From: a virus
Lineage: Duplodnaviria > Caudoviricetes
Strand: one strand, 5' to 3'
Virus record (IMG/VR): IMGVR_UViG_3300012953_000187
Span: 1 to 26,694 of that record
Length of the DNA stretch: 26,694 bases
The notes under the pieces are model-generated. The model did not search any database, was not told the origin of the DNA, and worked only from the letters and a program-made list of their open reading frames with translations. The translations under genes were made by a program, and so were the position numbers. Positions 19,601 to 26,415 of this stretch are shown here, in pieces; within the stretch, counting starts at the first letter, position 1; every line of letters starts with the position of its first letter.

Positions 19601-22600
19601 TCTGGTTCATTATTATCCGAATCAGACTTTATAGTTGCAAAATATGCATAAACACCCTCTGGAAACTCAGGTGTTTTGCCAAATCTACCATTATTTCTGT
19701 CTAAATCTCCAGAATTTGTAAATTTATAGTCTTCTACAAAGTAACCATCACTAAACCCTGTTGGTCTATCCTCAACATTAGATATATCTAAGGTATATCC
19801 AGAAACTAAACGTCGTGGATGAGTTGAAAAACCAGCATTAGTGTATCCATATGGACCATATATTGGATTTCCATCATAAGCCCATCCAATAATCTTAGAA
19901 ACTTGAGTATTTCCAAACCCTACTTCATTAAAGGATTTTCTATAAGGTTCTCCATATGCACAAAGTGTATAATGTAAAGTTCCATTTATACCTTCTGAAA
20001 GGATAGATTCAGATGTATTAGATTCTAACTTATAATTATTAGATGCACTTCCTGGATAGTCTTTATATTTTTCTCTTAAATTAACAGTTAAATGTCTAAC
20101 TTTAACATCCAAAGTTGCATTTCTTCCTGCCGAAACAACATTAATAGACGTATCTAGGTGAGAATATCCAATTCCAGCATTAACAACTATAACATCACTT
20201 ATTCTACCATCTGTAATAACAGGTCTTAACTTAGCTCCTGTCCCCTTACCAGAACTATCTATTACTTGTAAGGTAGGAATTGAGAAATATTCTACACCAC
20301 CATATTGAATATTGACCTGATTTACCTTTCCATTAACAAAAATGGGTTTTAGATTTCCATCTTTACCATTTTTTATAGAAATTACTGGTTTTTTCTCAAA
20401 ATTCAATATATTTGAACCATATCCTGTTCCAGATTCATACAAATAAGTGTCAATAATGCTACCTCGAACGGAAGGAGTCAATACCATCTCTTCGGCTACC
20501 TGACTAGTTGTACCAAATCCAACAGGAGTATATTTTAAAGAGACTGAAATGTCTGGATAAGCAAAATATTGATAACCTTCACCCTTATTTGCAAAATTAA
20601 CAACATCTTTTCTTTCATAATTGCCTGTTATTGTACCACCAACACCAGCATTAGATAATTGGAACGTATTATTGTCTATTTTATTGATAAAATACTGATT
20701 TTCGGTAGAAAGACCTGATATTGCACTTGTTTGGAAGGTATAGTTAACCAAATCTCCATCTTCAAATCCATGATTTTTGAAATTAAGCGTATTATATACA
20801 GTTGATACTCCAACAGATGCATTTAAACGTAATTTTCTATTGGTAAACGTACCACCATCAACAACTCTAACCCCAACAACAGTCTTTTGATTGGGTAAGG
20901 TGGCAAAATTATGAATACCAGCAGATACTCGTCCATTAAAGGACACTTGATTTATGTTAAGTTCAGCATCTTTTCTTGATTCATACAATCTAAGTGTTTT
21001 TGTATCAATTACATTTACAAAATAACTAGCATTGTTAGATAATGATGTATTACCTACACCAATAGTAATAGAACTATTGCCTGTACCAACTTTATAAATT
21101 ACTTCTTCTAAATTTGAGAAAGTATGATCTTTATCAAAAGTAATAGTATTAGTAGTTGTATTAATACCACCACCAAAAACTATAGTTCTTCCATCAAAAC
21201 TAACTTCTCTACTTCTAGGAATTACTATTGGATCCAATACAGCATTTCCATTTCCACCACTAGCAGTAATAGATATTACTTTTTGAACATCATATCCTTG
21301 AGGATCTACCAAAACATCTGTAATAGATCCTTTAAGAACTGCTTGTGATATAGCAGTAGTACCAACACTAGCAGATATTTCTATTTTAGGGGGATTAATT
21401 ACATCATAGTCATCACCTTCACCTAAAACATCTATAGATGTTAATGGACCATAGTAAATTTTATCAGTACCCTTATAATTACTAATTTCTATACCATTAA
21501 TTAATACCCCAGTAGTACCTGGTTTCGTTTCAACTTGATCTCCACTATCAATATTAGTATTAATTGGGAATTTTCTTAATATTTTTTGAGGTCCAATTAT
21601 ATTTCTTTGTTGTGAAGCTAAAGTAAATTGATGACCAGTATCAGAAAGTTCTCTACCAATAATATTTAATTTTATATAATCATCATTATTGACTAATGCT
21701 CTATTATTATATAATTTAATTCTCTTTCCACCATCTTCCTCAGATATACCTACAAAATAATTTCCAGTATCTAACCCAACATAAGTTCCAAAAGTGCTTG
21801 TGCCTGTATACTCATAATAAATTTCATCACCACTAACAAATGGAACTTCATTCTTAAATTGAATTTCTTTATAATTAAGATCACCTAAAATACCTGTTAA
21901 TCCTGCAGCCACAACACTCTGAAGACGAGTATCTATATTAATCCTATAATTTGTTGCAATACCACTTATATTACCTGAAGGGAGGGAATTAGAAGCAATA
22001 TAAAATTCCTCAGTACCACCAATGTATAAATTTTGTACATCTGAAATAATATTTGGAGATGATAATGGAACATTATTACTAATAGGACTGGAAAGTTTTC
22101 TTCTAAGATCCAAATTCCCCGTTATACCATCTGGTATTTTTGGTGAAATATTAATTTCATCACATTTTGTATCCCACCAGATATTTTTATTTTCTCCTAC
22201 AACCTCAGTTACAGAAACAATAGATGTATCACCTACAACAACGTTATTAGACCCTCTTCTAAGTACTTCTACATAGTCACCAAGTTTCAAACTTGATCTA
22301 TCAATATCAGCAAAGAATTTAAGAGTAGTATCTCCTCCTGTACCTTCATCTACTTTATATCTTACACTTGTATTGTATATCCATGAATTAGATAAAATTT
22401 GTTTATATGTTCTATCTCTTGAAGGATTTTTAATCAAATCTCCCAAATTCTTAACAGAAATAATTTGATTCTCATCAATATCTACACTCTTTGATACTTG
22501 TTCAAATTTTGCTAATACTCCCGTTAATCTTAATTCAACTTTTTTATTTACATCCCCATTTGCATAACCAAAATAGATATCATCATTTCTAATAGTATCT

Positions 22601-23730
22601 GCACTCTGAATCGGATCATCTATTCCACTACATCCAAAGAATTGATTAAGACTCTTATGAGTGTAATTGATATCTGTGTTGATTCCAGTAATAATTGTTC
22701 CTGTTGCACCAAAACCTATTGTAGAATCAACAGAAATTACTGATGCACCAACAGCAACTGTTTCTGTACATTTTGATGCTGGAGTAATTGAAAAGGTTCC
22801 TTGTATTGATGTTTCCTTATCATTAGGACCAAGAAATAAAGAAATTTTAAAATACTGCTGATTAGTAGTTAAAGCTACTCCAACTCTAGTAAATGGTTCA
22901 ACCTCTGATATAGATGCATTAGTAGTTACATCATTAAGTTTGTAGATAGTTTGTCCAATTAAATCCTTTGGAGCTCCAGAAATTGCTTCTGCTATTATTA
23001 CCTCTCTTCTAACATATTCTGCAGAGGATGGTTTAATCAAATAATCTTCTAGATTTATGATTTTAGGAGTTTCTCCATAAAGTACATTAAATAGAATTCT
23101 AAATGATTCGGGAGTTCCTTTTGATTCATATAATGATCTTGCTTCTTTTATAAAATTACCAGCATTAACACCATCTTTAAAATCTACTCCATCTATTCCT
23201 GGAAGAAGAGTAAATTTTAATTTCTTATAGAATTCTTTAAGAAATAAAGCACTTAAATTTTCAACATTTTCACCCCCATCATGAGAAGATATTTCAGATG
23301 TTGAAAAGACTAATTCTTCTTCATTAAGTTCTGCATGGTAACTTGTAATACCACTAAATCCACGGATACATCCTGTAAATGTGTTGGTGGTAAGACCAGT
23401 ATATGTAATAATCTCATCATTAATTTTCAATAAACCATAATGATTTGGAAACCCTTTAGTATTATCAACCGTAACAGTAGTACTTTCTGTAGTAATACCA
23501 GCAGAAAGAGTAGTAGTTCCTTTAACTATATCAGATGTTAAATTATCAACTTTTAAATATTGATCCAAATTATCCGATATATCAATCGGACCTCCTTGAT
23601 ATTCTTGTGAAACATAATACTGTTTAAAGAAATCAACAGAATTGGGACTTTCACTCAATAAAAATTCAGGAAGCTGACTGTCAATAATTTGTTGAACTTT
23701 GACCTTTGAGTCAAAACCAGTTTCTATCAT
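10633..23730 (-). CDS. gp7: Giant baseplate wedge initiator, T4 gp7-type, with many accessory repeat modules, 4365 aa
   Basis: Lies between gp6 and gp8. It carries gp7-type core motifs QLPEF...FFKQYY, LYESKGTPESFRILFNVLYG (aa ~200) and DNDYYQNLSYSIQS...MLHTSGL (aa ~2435-2465). Uninterrupted 13.1-kb ORF. Confidence 0.85.
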   Translation of the reverse strand: MIETGFDSKVKVQQIIDSQLPEFLLSESPNSVDFFKQYYVSQEYQGGPIDISDNLDQYLKVDNLTSDIVKGTTTLSAGITTESTTVTVDNTKGFPNHYGLLKINDEIITYTGLTTNTFTGCIRGFSGITSYHAELNEEELVFSTSEISSHDGGENVENLSALFLKEFYKKLKFTLLPGIDGVDFKDGVNAGNFIKEARSLYESKGTPESFRILFNVLYGETPKIINLEDYLIKPSSAEYVRREVIIAEAISGAPKDLIGQTIYKLNDVTTNASISEVEPFTRVGVALTTNQQYFKISLFLGPNDKETSIQGTFSITPASKCTETVAVGASVISVDSTIGFGATGTIITGINTDINYTHKSLNQFFGCSGIDDPIQSADTIRNDDIYFGYANGDVNKKVELRLTGVLAKFEQVSKSVDIDENQIISVKNLGDLIKNPSRDRTYKQILSNSWIYNTSVRYKVDEGTGGDTTLKFFADIDRSSLKLGDYVEVLRRGSNNVVVGDTSIVSVTEVVGENKNIWWDTKCDEINISPKIPDGITGNLDLRRKLSSPISNNVPLSSPNIISDVQNLYIGGTEEFYIASNSLPSGNISGIATNYRINIDTRLQSVVAAGLTGILGDLNYKEIQFKNEVPFVSGDEIYYEYTGTSTFGTYVGLDTGNYFVGISEEDGGKRIKLYNNRALVNNDDYIKLNIIGRELSDTGHQFTLASQQRNIIGPQKILRKFPINTNIDSGDQVETKPGTTGVLINGIEISNYKGTDKIYYGPLTSIDVLGEGDDYDVINPPKIEISASVGTTAISQAVLKGSITDVLVDPQGYDVQKVISITASGGNGNAVLDPIVIPRSREVSFDGRTIVFGGGINTTTNTITFDKDHTFSNLEEVIYKVGTGNSSITIGVGNTSLSNNASYFVNVIDTKTLRLYESRKDAELNINQVSFNGRVSAGIHNFATLPNQKTVVGVRVVDGGTFTNRKLRLNASVGVSTVYNTLNFKNHGFEDGDLVNYTFQTSAISGLSTENQYFINKIDNNTFQLSNAGVGGTITGNYERKDVVNFANKGEGYQYFAYPDISVSLKYTPVGFGTTSQVAEEMVLTPSVRGSIIDTYLYESGTGYGSNILNFEKKPVISIKNGKDGNLKPIFVNGKVNQVNIQYGGVEYFSIPTLQVIDSSGKGTGAKLRPVITDGRISDVIVVNAGIGYSHLDTSINVVSAGRNATLDVKVRHLTVNLREKYKDYPGSASNNYKLESNTSESILSEGINGTLHYTLCAYGEPYRKSFNEVGFGNTQVSKIIGWAYDGNPIYGPYGYTNAGFSTHPRRLVSGYTLDISNVEDRPTGFSDGYFVEDYKFTNSGDLDRNNGRFGKTPEFPEGVYAYFATIKSDSDNNEPEFPYFIGNSYRSTPVNQNLTQGFDFKDSNLIRNTFPYRISDKNVDNDFIIETNEIERQKVKIESVTSGSVDKLNIINSGKNYEIGDSLTFDDNDTFGGGLSGKVSSLKGIDILNVSTGTSSYTNKVFSWVDASTVKVTVFPSHDWEDKDNVVVSGFSTTLAPLNGPYTIGVSSLTAVLSQNLNSGTIGMSTDIFVSDIPTNVSVGSTLRIGAESLRLLNIFKNENVLRVQRGSGGVSHVASSPITFVPDSFTIKKSIEYFDSQPTERFYFNPHKTIGVGVTPGISIPITFTFAGIGITRDVPTKRIYLEDHPFKNSQELTFSTGGGSAIPVSDTAGGGTFSMPSTVYVTNATNNTIGIKTGIGTTSGDFNDVFFRGNGTNINDYFFASNYTQETGRIDQFNTTVALSTAHDLEVGDKVVLTIEPDLNVGLGTTTPVKVERQTTTGYLLLDPVQVTNSGVSTTADSFTITNHRFDTGDKVYYEVISGTYPSGLSEGTYFTYVIDVNTFQLCKTNIDATGVPPVYVNFTNNPTATHKFSRINPTIEVVNTNSLVFDLTHSSLSDYKFKLYYDKEFKNEFTSIQSDTFNITEVGTVGVGASVIDSNLTVGYSTALPRTLYYNIQKSGFISTSDTTVPNYSEIVFTDSHYNKSYDIVSVATSSFNITLEDNPEVLSYESSQCNVLKYTTTSLTSKGGIENVNILSAGSGYKRLPSFVGSSSTLGEGAYVIPSSTEIGNAKEIRIINEGFEYSSDSTLRPEAFISPLVVINNSNTIGVITITNGGVDYINAPNIKVVNSTTGQEINNGFLEAELTGSAISSVNIIDSPSGLPDEPVRLVSINNDNGVGIVSVQSNATGIFTCWITTPSAGFSTYPFNVNDKVYTEGIEKVGTAGSGFNSSDWGYEFAVVSEVVSGGAPLPENPSENNGVNFRVSIDATGVSTNTGIAKTNQSASASIIHEEKYPTFVVTQKPDLFIDGEILIRDSIVLDLYVSKTGSDFIKVTGTDILVKGDRILGKDSGTLATVDSISEYDGKYIVNFSVKKDIGWSNEIGKLSVDSQVTPDNDYYQNLSYSIQSTKGFNELRSPISAMLHTSGLKHFADVGIRSTSTAVGPYDATLGKRIGIGSADFTETIQDLLGYNRVDTIYDYDKATDGTADGKFSTLIEFENKTLSDYFKVKSNEVLVLDDINKLFSNLNGEPSEFLDMVELQSNTPYQNLFIRVTNLDGTDIQTSELIVMNSGSDITLIDKQNINDSNYIGEFSIGEVDGLKYVRFTPLPNPYDYDYDLKLIKTEFNVGTGIGTNTIGFVDKVGSVGIATTSLTSGVTTTSIISGIATAYNSFYTSNQLLNRTTNEMNYVDIYVTHDGTNTYMSQAYVDNSERNGYSDLLLGSFSGNITGNIFSLDFENSLTDEIEIKSNIVGFGTTSVGIGTYRFKAPNQPDGSERSALYQSDYSYTSGTRNVVGFNSSLFNSVKSVVEVSVGSTKALHQIVMNHNTTDVYLQQGPYLSAGSTSVLDTKLGIGTFGGEYVSSNFVMKFYPNVEFASDNIEVSSLTLGMYSGMDFDNLPDIVDLTYGKITESFEGHSYNAIDGRRVNRTSFPLTVDSLKIFAKDFNPSDSTILNPTTGKFSIADHFFRTGEPLVYKPGSTFVGVGSTAMQYESAQGVDELPSTVFAIREDADNFYIATTKSLANAGTAVTFVGVGEGNDHEFSMSLANTKNIITLDNIIQSPISYSPVSHTLQNNIESVLGGTGIGTTSTTFSLSGISSISLEDVLKIGDEFVKVIEVGVGTEVYGPVLAGIGTTTIVTVERGILGTGVTAHSNTSIAQLYKGSYNIVGNNIHFIDSPRGNPQISKTESNLEFPRSEFNGRVFLRDNYDTNQIYDDISHEFTGIGQTFDLKVDGSGIVGMGTTGGNGLVIINGIYQRPTAPNNPSNNFIIKEPTGLSTNITFTGISSVTENEIFINPSDINQNQLPRGGVIVSLGSTPGLGYAPLDGAIGYLEVGAGGSITSVVGVATTGPAFGISTATYNHITGRLDIATTESNNFELRIVDQIKLVGLEFTCATAHAGVTTTIFPEAAIGAGNTDKSYPIFNTAPTLYKHTFVSATSTAVNGSLQPTTATYDSLSGDLVLTFASAHGISNGANITIANNSIIFTCSRDEYATQHSYPRSTDPASGTGLTVSNATAKTLTVNVGSSNNGLRRFTTNVGTSTIPHTYVGGGSVVTYYANATFGSGYRGSVSIGVTDHPFTHRFVSAGVGSITDNTTATHTVSNASYDGGTGVLVLTIPSHGLTISNTIQIDDNSLVFTCSKDEYNSYHSYPRTTDPVSGIQTAITNTTTNTITVNVGSSVGSGAIVTTAVGAGGTLAFTITGPGTNYANPQLNIPEPSYAGLEVTGVSRLGVGNTTDTGTGLLLNCNVAPIDVGVATLGITTQFGVTEWEIARNGYGFKRGDVFTPVGLVTGLGLSSPIRTAEFEVLDTFHDAFSAWQFGQLDYMDDIKDLQDGGRRRFQLKYDGDLLSFEVDTGSGYNFINLENCLLIIINGVVQEPGVAYKFNGGTSFVFTEPPSAEDDVSIYFYRGSSQSDTELVTTIKPQIETGDDVQLMGISNNIDQNERTVSSIFNSNTLETNIYGGPGITTEEKSLNWTRQKKDKRVNGNIIYKTRESIEALIFPTAKVISGFSTSDTSEIFVDNVDLFGYDAPFLENASALIVDKSTTPIAADLTANVSTAGTISSLTIVSGGSGYVGSTTSVSVGIPTVGIGSYIQANGLVGFGTTATATATISNGTITATEIVNPGFGYTNTNAPLVIAPSPTYKTETVTGISSVQGFTGIITGIGTTAGIGTALALKFHLDSSTLNWTNQTLKAGYPISIFNTSIGTGVTSVYESGNGAVGIGTTFLDNIYRLVYDPAVTSTLGIITCNIASETGLSGLSTSGEKYSPVGAFSWGKLFQKSGSLTRATNPIGIALSNYTVNSGLTTFPTLQRRDEGIRDSGAIKSS
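12580..13323 (-). repeat. Two ~97-aa protein repeats in gp7 (HxFVSA...A(T/S)YD...HG...FTCS(R/K)DEY...HSYPRxTDPxSG...TVNVGSS)
   Basis: Copies at 13036-13323 (96 aa) and 12580-12876 (99 aa), alignable by eye. Confidence 0.85.
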
Positions 23731-23737
23731 ACTACTC

Positions 23738-25699
23738 TTACTCTCTTATTAATTGTCCGTTTAAATAACTGGATGTGTAGAAATCATTAACAAATGTAGT
23801 TCCTGTAATTTCATCACCAGAACTAATCACATCCCTAACCATATTTATTTTACTTTTTGAAAGACTAAAATCAAGATACAATTCCTTAAGACCAACAACA
23901 TCATTTGATTCTGGAATTGCTTGTATTTCAACCACTTCAGTCCCATTAACTGTTCTAGTAATATTCACAGTATCAATCATAATTTCACCTTTAAGATAAT
24001 CAACAGTTCCTGCAGATGGTGCAATAACTTTATATTCACCCTCTTCTGTAATTTCTATGAATGCTAAAACTCCCGTTTTTAGATCTTCATTAGGAATATC
24101 TGTAATGTATACTGGTGTTGTATTATTAGAAACATAGAAACCACTTGATTTTATGTTCAATCCCTTTGCCCTTACATGGAAACGATTACCATAACATAAC
24201 TCATATTGTGCAAATTGATTAAAGACCGCCTTCAAGTCCCTTCTGATAATCACTCTGGTGATGTTAGAGGTAATAGAAGTATCAGTTTGATCAATAACTT
24301 GTTGAACTTTACTATATTTAAACCTTCCACCAAATTTATTCATATCAATAGAATCAGAATAGGTCTTTAAAGAATTGATAACTTGTGTTTTTAAAGATTC
24401 TATATTTGAAACTTTATTATTATCATAGTAAACTGATGAAACAACCTCCACATATAACAACTTAAGATCTTCTATCCTCTGATTAATACCAGATACAGTA
24501 TATTGTTTCAATTGGGATAAAATTCTAGATTTATTAAAATCTGAAACAAAAGTTCCATTTTTGGGTTTTATACTGATAAGTACATTTCCAAATTCAGGAG
24601 GATCCAACTCTTCACCACCTACAACAGCAACTGACTCTGTTTCAGGATATATTTTCTTAATAATTGCCTCATAATCTCTTGGTGTTACTGCTCTATATTG
24701 TGAAGAATATATTCTAGGAGCATAATACTTAATAGAATCTATAGATTCTATATCTGAACCATTCTGTGATATTTGATTTGTTATTATATTTGGAATTCCA
24801 TTTAAAGTTTGTGGTATTTCAGTATCACTTTGTGTATTAAGTTGTATTATTTTTCCTGCAAATTGAAGACTATTATTCTTTCCAATACCATTTCCTTCTT
24901 TTCCATCAGTTGTGATGTATTGAACGGTAATAATATCTGAATTATTTAATTTTTTACCAATAAATCCATCACCAAAAAGTAATTCATATCTTTGATCTTG
25001 TACTTCTTGTATTAAATAAATCGGTGATGAAGAATCTATGTTTAAAATATTCTCAACTAATGAATATTCACTACCTAATCCACTCTCATTTGAACCTTTA
25101 ACATATACCTTAATGGTAGATGTATCAATAAATTTATTGTTTAATATAAATCTTTGATCTAAAGAAGTATTTACGTTAAATATTGAAGTTAAAAATGTTC
25201 CTTCCTTAACTTCAATATTTTCAAAGGAAGCAATATAATTTACCGTTCCATCAGCTACTTTTTTTACCGTAACTGGTGCTGATATATTTTCTGAAGTTGA
25301 AAGAACATAATTGGTTTCATTAGCATCTCCAATACATGCTAACCCTGCTTTTAGGGTTGCAACAGTGAAATCATTATCTTCATCAATACTACTACCAAAG
25401 TTTGCTGTAAACGATATACGGGCGGTTGCAGCAGTCTTTGAACGTGGAACATATCCAATATTACGTGCTAATGAGACTACATTTTCTCTAATGGTTGCAG
25501 AATCTAAAAAAGATTCATTCACAATCATATTTGAGTTAAATGCAGTAATATAGGTATTATAAGCGAGCGTATCTATTAATATTGAAAAATTAGACCCCTC
25601 AAAGTCAAAATCCGTAAATGTGGAATTTGCACGGAGATAATCTTTGATGGAAGTCTTTATCTGATCAAAATCAAGATTTGTAAATTTAGTAAAAGGCAT
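23738..25699 (-). CDS. gp6: Baseplate wedge subunit, T4 gp6 homologue, 653 aa
   Basis: Motifs LDFDQIK...FTDFDFEGSN...LAYNT...NESFLDSA.IRENVVSLARNIGYVP, YELLFGDG, ESIDSIK..AP...QYRAVTPRDY. The length is close to T4 gp6 (660 aa). Confidence 0.95.
   Translation of the reverse strand: MPFTKFTNLDFDQIKTSIKDYLRANSTFTDFDFEGSNFSILIDTLAYNTYITAFNSNMIVNESFLDSATIRENVVSLARNIGYVPRSKTAATARISFTANFGSSIDEDNDFTVATLKAGLACIGDANETNYVLSTSENISAPVTVKKVADGTVNYIASFENIEVKEGTFLTSIFNVNTSLDQRFILNNKFIDTSTIKVYVKGSNESGLGSEYSLVENILNIDSSSPIYLIQEVQDQRYELLFGDGFIGKKLNNSDIITVQYITTDGKEGNGIGKNNSLQFAGKIIQLNTQSDTEIPQTLNGIPNIITNQISQNGSDIESIDSIKYYAPRIYSSQYRAVTPRDYEAIIKKIYPETESVAVVGGEELDPPEFGNVLISIKPKNGTFVSDFNKSRILSQLKQYTVSGINQRIEDLKLLYVEVVSSVYYDNNKVSNIESLKTQVINSLKTYSDSIDMNKFGGRFKYSKVQQVIDQTDTSITSNITRVIIRRDLKAVFNQFAQYELCYGNRFHVRAKGLNIKSSGFYVSNNTTPVYITDIPNEDLKTGVLAFIEITEEGEYKVIAPSAGTVDYLKGEIMIDTVNITRTVNGTEVVEIQAIPESNDVVGLKELYLDFSLSKSKINMVRDVISSGDEITGTTFVNDFYTSSYLNGQLIRE
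23842..23849 (-). promoter_or_regulatory. Candidate late promoter AATAAATA embedded in the gp6 3' end
   Basis: 111 nt upstream of the gp7 ATG (23730), overlapping codons K-I-N-M of gp6. Confidence 0.4.
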
Positions 25700-25700
25700 T

Positions 25701-26102
25701 TTATCTAGTTGCCTCTAAGAGGAAAGAAAATTCTTGGGTAGGAAATTGCTGTCCAATAATATCAAACGTAACAGTAGCTTCAAATGTATTTTCATCTGGT
25801 CGAGGATCGACTAAAACTCTTACGTTATTAACTCTTGGTTCGAAATTATCAATTGCAATTTCAATCTGAGCTTGAATATTAGATGCAGTACCAAAATCAA
25901 TAAAGTTAAATAAACTTTTATGTATATCTGATCCTAATTGTGGATTAAAGAATTTCTCAGTTGGTATCGTCTGTACAATATTACGTATTGATTTACGAAC
26001 AGCATCTTCATTCTTAAGAACCTTCAAATCATTTGTCACAGGATGAGGAACAAAGGATAGGGTAATATCTTTAAATGATCGTGATATCCTTGTAATCGCC
26101 AT
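25701..26102 (-). CDS. gp25: Baseplate wedge subunit / sheath initiator, GPW/gp25 family, 133 aa
   Basis: Motifs FKDITLSF..HPVT.D, AVRKSIRNIVQT...EKFFNPQLGS, and I.NFEPRV. Size matches T4 gp25 (132 aa). It ends 1 nt before the gp6 ATG. Confidence 0.95.
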   Translation of the reverse strand: MAITRISRSFKDITLSFVPHPVTNDLKVLKNEDAVRKSIRNIVQTIPTEKFFNPQLGSDIHKSLFNFIDFGTASNIQAQIEIAIDNFEPRVNNVRVLVDPRPDENTFEATVTFDIIGQQFPTQEFSFLLEATR

Positions 26103-26105
26103 TAT

Positions 26106-26141
26106 AAACAGGAGGTTTGTCTTTATTTATACCTCTTGTTT
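26106..26141 (-). promoter_or_regulatory. Inverted repeat / RNA hairpin enclosing the gp25 late promoter
   Basis: Minus strand AAACAAGAGGT-(14 nt)-ACCTCCTGTTT with 10/11 pairs. The 3' arm ends 3 nt before the gp25 ATG. Confidence 0.55.
26124..26131 (-). promoter_or_regulatory. T4-type late promoter TATAAATA
   Basis: Perfect consensus, 21 nt upstream of the gp25 ATG. Confidence 0.85.
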
Positions 26142-26150
26142 TTACTTTTA

Positions 26151-26387
26151 TTAACAATGGATTTCTTTTAGGCGATTATGATGCTTTACATATCCCCTAT
26201 CTCTTCCTGAACCACCTACAGGAGGATGGTATTCTTCCCATGTCGTTCTCTTCCAACACCTTTCTTGTTTGTTACGAATGTAATAACCATATGGTCTATC
26301 ATCATCCCAACCAAGCAGGTCATTCCATGTTAAAGCTTGTGCAGTGCTGGTAGTGAATAATAATAAAAAAGGAATCAAATACTTCAT
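26151..26387 (-). CDS. Small hypothetical protein with Sec signal peptide and one Cys pair, 78 aa
   Basis: MKYLIPFLLLFTTSTAQA|LTW has a basic N-terminus, a hydrophobic core and an A-x-A cleavage site. The C-terminal part reads C...EEYHPP...GYVK...C. It is on the same strand as all neighbours and fills the gap between the terminator and the late promoter. Confidence 0.75.
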   Translation of the reverse strand: MKYLIPFLLLFTTSTAQALTWNDLLGWDDDRPYGYYIRNKQERCWKRTTWEEYHPPVGGSGRDRGYVKHHNRLKEIHC

Positions 26388-26409
26388 ATACTTTTTTTGA
26401 TGTACTAAT

Positions 26410-26415
26410 ATTATA
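26410..26415 (-). promoter_or_regulatory. Possible sigma70-like -10 box (TATAAT) for the 78-aa ORF
   Basis: Perfect TATAAT 22 nt upstream of the ATG at 26387 and just downstream of the terminator. There is no convincing -35 box and the context is very AT-rich. Confidence 0.35.

Noticed and set aside
10633-23730. Intein, intron, homing endonuclease or programmed frameshift explaining the size of gp7
   Set aside because: The ORF is continuous and I saw no intein terminal motifs or LAGLIDADG/HNH/GIY-YIG motifs. The extra length is made of structural repeat modules.
2106-25553. Eleven short + strand ORFs (64-92 aa) antisense to vrlC, gp8, gp7 and gp6
   Set aside because: All lie fully opposite long, well-supported genes and have no recognisable motifs. 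They are the shadows expected from the codon bias of the real genes.
26117-26353. + strand 78-aa ORF with AGGAGG just upstream
   Set aside because: The AGGAGG is only 1 nt from a TTG start. The ORF is antisense to the signal-peptide ORF and overlaps the gp25 promoter. The motif is better explained as a hairpin arm.
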